From Candidatus Methylomirabilia bacterium (GTDB taxonomy: Bacteria; Methylomirabilota; Methylomirabilia; Rokubacteriales; CSP1-6): 41,214 nt of DNA. The position numbers and the translations under genes are program-made. The notes beneath the pieces are model-generated. The model was not told where the DNA came from. It saw nothing but the letters and a program-made list of their open reading frames with translations, and did no database searches. The stretch is from positions 1-41,214 of the forward strand of contig JBGOTH010000001.1 in the NCBI GenBank assembly GCA_041476345.1, given 5' to 3'. Shown in pieces: positions 37,562-41,214 of the stretch; within the stretch, counting starts at the first letter, position 1; each line of letters starts with the position of its first letter.

Positions 37562-37635
37562 CGTGAACTCCTCTCGTTTGGACTGGAGTCGTGGCGCAAT
37601 CGCCGTCCTCCGTCGCGGAAGGTTTCTCTTCTCCA

Positions 37636-38829
37636 TCAGCGAACTCTGAACACGATCGCTGCGCCGATCACGCTCAGCCCGGCCGCATAGGCGAATCCCG
37701 CCGTCGGGCCGACCACCGTCCACAACACGCCGACGACGAGCGACGAGGCGAGATCGCCGAGGCCGTTGGCGGTCGCCAGCACGCCGTAGCCGGTGCTGCG
37801 CAGGTCTTCGGGCAGCAGGTCGGCGGCGATCGCTCGTTCGAGCGTATCCTCGATCGCGATATACAACCCGCCGACACCGAACAGCAGTGCGAGCATCCAC
37901 ACGGACGGAAACGCGAAGATGAACCCCACGCTCATCAGCGCCGCGAGCAGGTAGCCACCGGCCAGAACCGCCCGCTTGTCGTAGCGATCACCGAGCGCTC
38001 CCATCGGATAGGAGGCTGCCGCGTAGAGGACGTTGTGCACCGTGTACAGCCCCACGGCGAACGTCCCGGCCGGCGCCGTGCCGAGCGTCGGCGTGAGCGC
38101 CTGCGCCGCGCGTAAGATCAACAACGTGTGAGCGAAGTCGCCGGCGCCGAAGATCGCCACGCCGACAAGGAACAGCCGGAACCTGGGCGGCAGCGCGCCG
38201 AGCGCCTCCCAGAACTTTCGGGGTCTGATCGACGACCTTCCGCGTTCCCTGACGAGCACGGCGAATGACAGCGCCGCCAGCAAGCCCGGAAGCAGCGTCG
38301 CAAGGAAGATCTGGCGATACGTGAACGCGGACAACAGCAGAATCGCCAGCACCGGGCCGACGACCGCACCCAGTGTGTCTCCCGCCCGCTCGAAGCCGAA
38401 GGCGCGGCCCCGCACTCGCGGCTCGACCGAATCCGAGAGCATCGCGTCCCGCAAAGGGCCGCGGATCCCGCGGCCGCACCAGCCGATCGCCCGGCTGACG
38501 AGGATGTGCGGCCACACCGTCGCCAGACCGAACAGCGCGGTGGCGATGCCCGTCACCGCATAACCGCCGACGATGATGGGCTTGCGGCGCCGCACGCGGT
38601 CGCCGATCCAACCCGCGCCGAGCTTGACGAAGCTCGACGCGGCGTCGGACACGCCTTCGATCGCGCCGAGCGCGGCGGGCGGCGCGCCGATAGAGGCCAG
38701 GAACAGCGGCAGGATGGCGGTGGCCGTCTCGTGACCGAGGTCGCTGAAGAAGCTGGTCAGACCCATCCCGATGACGGTCCGGTTGCGCCAGGTGGTCGGC
38801 TTCGCGCTCCCGGGCAGCTCCACCCTCAC
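37636..38829 (-). CDS. MFS transporter (paralog of 5296-6504)
   Basis: GMGLTSFFSDLGHETATAILPLFL...GAGWIGDRVRRRK parallels the other MFS. The start is taken at GTG 38829, which overlaps the upstream TGA as GTGA; the track ORF start 39147 is not supported. Confidence 0.8.
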   Translation of the reverse strand: MRVELPGSAKPTTWRNRTVIGMGLTSFFSDLGHETATAILPLFLASIGAPPAALGAIEGVSDAASSFVKLGAGWIGDRVRRRKPIIVGGYAVTGIATALFGLATVWPHILVSRAIGWCGRGIRGPLRDAMLSDSVEPRVRGRAFGFERAGDTLGAVVGPVLAILLLSAFTYRQIFLATLLPGLLAALSFAVLVRERGRSSIRPRKFWEALGALPPRFRLFLVGVAIFGAGDFAHTLLILRAAQALTPTLGTAPAGTFAVGLYTVHNVLYAAASYPMGALGDRYDKRAVLAGGYLLAALMSVGFIFAFPSVWMLALLFGVGGLYIAIEDTLERAIAADLLPEDLRSTGYGVLATANGLGDLASSLVVGVLWTVVGPTAGFAYAAGLSVIGAAIVFRVR

Positions 38830-39424
38830 GGTGCCAGCTCCACGGCGATGCCGATGACGCCACCGAACGGGATGCGGACGTGCGCGGCAACGAGACCGCC
38901 GGGAAACAGGGCGCTCGCCCACCGAAGTCCGCGAAGTCGTGGCCCGGCAGCGGCCAACGCGTGCGATCGAAGGGACGCGAGCGTGAAGTCCCGGGCGCGG
39001 CCGAGCACCCGCCCGCGCGCATCGGAACCCCAGCGGCGCGACGCACCGCCCAGACTCCAGCGGTTCAGCGCCACGACGAGCACGCCCTGACGCGCGACCC
39101 GAACCGCCTCGCTCAACGCCGGCTCCGGATGGGAAGATCGTGAGCATCGCCCTGGATCAGGAGCAGACGTGGCTGGCGCCGCCGCGCTTCCGCGAGCATG
39201 GCGAGCGCGCGGTCGAGTCCCGCCACGTGGAGCCGCCGAGCGGACAGCCATTGCGTGAAGTGTCCGGTCCCGCAGCCCACCTCGAGTGCGCTCTGCGCCG
39301 TCGCGAACGGCGCCAGCAGCCGATCGAGCAAGACGCACTCGGCACGATCGGCGCGCCGACCGCGCAGCGTGGTGTACCACGCCTCGTACCGGGCAGCATC
39401 ATGCTCGAAGGGCTGCGAAGCCAT
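38826..39424 (-). pseudogene. class I SAM-dependent methyltransferase with internal deletion/frameshift
   Basis: The N-part (39424-39113) has motif I LEVGCGTGHF and ends at GDAHDLP followed by a stop. The C-part continues in another frame from ...PEPALSEAVRVARQGVLVVALN to 38826. About 20 aa expected between LP and PE (F.D.sFD......) are missing. Confidence 0.5.
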
Positions 39425-39431
39425 CAAGCGC

Positions 39432-39701
39432 CTATGCCCGGTGAAGCGCGTTCCAGATCGCACCGATGACGCGGCCGAAGACGTAGCCGAGAGTCGCCGT
39501 GATGGCGATCAGCCCGACGGCACGCCCGAGTACGAATGCGCCGACCTGGTATGGCGGCGTGATGAAGTGGAGCCAGAATATGAAGTCGATCACCGGCTGC
39601 GCCCATCCCAGCAGGACCAGCGCCGACCAGACCAGGTGCCAGCCACCGATGAACGTCGCCAGCACCAGTCCGAGCTTGTGCGGGCTGATCTGTCTGGACA
39701 T
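39432..39701 (-). CDS. 89-aa small membrane protein (3 hydrophobic helices)
   Basis: SD AAGGAGA lies 6 nt upstream of the ATG at 39701. Reads [24 protein letters not shown]...[22 protein letters not shown]. No family recognised. Confidence 0.55.
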   Translation of the reverse strand: MSRQISPHKLGLVLATFIGGWHLVWSALVLLGWAQPVIDFIFWLHFITPPYQVGAFVLGRAVGLIAITATLGYVFGRVIGAIWNALHRA

Positions 39702-39729
39702 GCCGGTCTCCTTGTCGAAATGGTGGACG

Positions 39730-41214
39730 TCAGCGCACCAGGGCGCGGTGCCCTTCGAGCCACGCGGAGAGCTTCCTGGCCGGCCACGTGTTGATCACGC
39801 CGCTCGCCTCGACCCATCCGCGGCGCGCGGTGGCGACACCCAGCTCCATGTAGCCGAGGTGATCGAGCATGTGCGTGTCGGTCCCGATGGCGAGGAGGAC
39901 GCCGAGGTCGCGCGCACGCCGCGCGTGCACATCGCAGAGGTCGACGTCGTACGGCTCGCGCTCCCCGAGGAGGCGGCCGGTCGGATGCGCGAAGAGGTCG
40001 ACGTGCGGGTTCGCGAGCGCCGTGCAGATGCGCCTGGTCATCTCGCGCTTCGACTGCTTGAAGCGGCTGTGCACGGCCGCCACCACGATATCGAGCTCGG
40101 CGAGGACGCGATCGGGATAGTCGAGACGCCCGTCGGGCAGGATGTCGCACTCGCTCCCCGCGAGCACGGTGATCTTCGGATGCTTCGTCGCCACCGCGCG
40201 GATCTTTCGCACGTGGGCGCGCAGCTCATCGGGGCCGAGGCCGCCGGCGACGCGCGCGGCCCGGCTGTGGTCGGTGACGGCCACGTAGTCGTACCCGCGC
40301 GCCGCCGCGGCCTCCACCAGCGCCTCGACCGAATGATGACCGTCGGTGGCGTCGGTGTGGCAGTGGAGATCGCCGCGCACGTCAGCCAGCGTGACGAGAT
40401 GCGGGAGCCGCTTTGCTTTCGCGGCCTCGATTTCGCCTGTGTCCTCGCGCAGCTCGGGCGGGATCCACGGCAGGCCGACCGTGGCGTAGACTTCCTCCTC
40501 GGTGGCGCCGGCCATGCGGCGCCCCGTCTTCTCGCGGAAGACGCCATACTCGGAGATCTTGAGACCGCGCTTCACGCCCATCTCGCGGATGCGGATACTG
40601 TGCTGCTTCCCGCCGGTAAAATACGCGAGGGCGGCGCCGAAGCACTCAGGCTCCACGACGCGCAGGTCGACCTGGATTCCCTCGCGGTGGCGAATGGACG
40701 CCTTGGTGGTTCCACGCTCCAGCACCTCCGCGGCCTGCCGCAAGCCGGTGAAGGCCTTGACGGCAGCGGCGGGCTCGTCGCCGACCGTCTCCTTCATCCG
40801 GCGCAGCGAGCCCGCGAGCGTGACCGTCTTGACACCACGCGCATCCTCGAGCGCGCGCACGAGCTCGCGCCCCAGCGGGAGCGCGCGCCCGAGCGGCATC
40901 CGCGCTTGGCCGCCGCGCACCAGCGTGATGCCCCGCAGGATGTTCCGCTCCGCGCGCGCCTGGATGCCACGCAGCCCCCGCAGCTTGCCGGCGGCGGCGA
41001 GCCGCTCGAGTTGCGCGAGGCTCGTCACGCCCTCGCGCGTGTAGAGCAGCTTCGCGGTCTTCGGCCCGATCCTCGGAACGTCGAGGAGCTCCACGACGCC
41101 GCGCGGCACCGTACGGCAGGCGGCGTCGATCTCCTTGATGTGTCCGGTGCGCAGGTACTCGGCGATCTTCCCGGCGAGATCGGCGCCGATGCCGGGGACT
41201 TCGTCCAGCCGCTC
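39730..41214 (-). CDS. polX: DNA polymerase X family protein with C-terminal PHP domain (5' end beyond right window edge)
   Basis: HhH motifs ([12 protein letters not shown]), [32 protein letters not shown], then PHP motifs GDLHCHT, AVTDHS, VHSRF, AHPTGR, GTDTH. The frame stays open upstream of the track's start at 41109 to the window end. Confidence 0.85.
   Translation of the reverse strand, partial: ERLDEVPGIGADLAGKIAEYLRTGHIKEIDAACRTVPRGVVELLDVPRIGPKTAKLLYTREGVTSLAQLERLAAAGKLRGLRGIQARAERNILRGITLVRGGQARMPLGRALPLGRELVRALEDARGVKTVTLAGSLRRMKETVGDEPAAAVKAFTGLRQAAEVLERGTTKASIRHREGIQVDLRVVEPECFGAALAYFTGGKQHSIRIREMGVKRGLKISEYGVFREKTGRRMAGATEEEVYATVGLPWIPPELREDTGEIEAAKAKRLPHLVTLADVRGDLHCHTDATDGHHSVEALVEAAAARGYDYVAVTDHSRAARVAGGLGPDELRAHVRKIRAVATKHPKITVLAGSECDILPDGRLDYPDRVLAELDIVVAAVHSRFKQSKREMTRRICTALANPHVDLFAHPTGRLLGEREPYDVDLCDVHARRARDLGVLLAIGTDTHMLDHLGYMELGVATARRGWVEASGVINTWPARKLSAWLEGHRALVR

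Overview
High-GC (about 70% by eye) bacterial chromosomal segment with about 36 protein-coding genes. Genes are tightly packed, GTG/TTG starts are common, and many start/stop codons overlap (GTGA/ATGA at 451-454, 657-660, 3633-3636, 8628-8631, 13344-13347, 20507-20510, 38826-38829). I saw no rRNA, tRNA, CRISPR array, transposase or integrase. The gene content is a stress/dormancy-type set. It includes a BON/OsmY-like protein, a TraR/DksA zinc finger, an edge-truncated PAS sensor, GlgX, three USP-domain proteins and a LOG-family protein. It also has two related MFS transporters, a UMF1-type MFS, a Leu/Glu-type dehydrogenase, a phosphoribosyltransferase, an erythromycin-esterase-like protein and a dienelactone hydrolase. 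Further genes are DUF2267, a CDF-like transporter, an ACP-FAAL-acyltransferase fusion, an eRF1-like (baeRF1) protein, Tdh-Kbl, a P-type ATPase, CBS, a PNPOx-like protein, a DASS transporter, a 2792-aa cyclic beta-1,2-glucan synthase-like giant and PolX. The main result is regulatory. I read 10 well-formed and 1 weaker sigma-54 (-24 GG / -12 GC, exact GG-N10-GC spacing) promoters, each just upstream of an operon start. Almost all are preceded, 54-122 bp upstream, by a shared GC-rich dyad: GGGG-N8-CCCC followed by (A/G)(G/C)GTGAG. This looks like one enhancer-dependent regulon whose activator is not visible here; the truncated PAS protein at the left edge is a possible candidate. Second theme: deletion-collapsed duplications. 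These are a PRTase/esterase/DLH operon copy reduced to scraps, a Cys-rich::Kbl-tail fusion ORF and a 36-codon CBS fragment, plus internal deletions in a methyltransferase and in the PolX palm. Other items are a 193-bp MITE-like palindromic element, a perfect 40-nt palindrome, an in-frame TAG in the PAS sensor gene and a low-GC PNPOx-like gene. All homology calls come from motif recognition by eye; no database search was possible.
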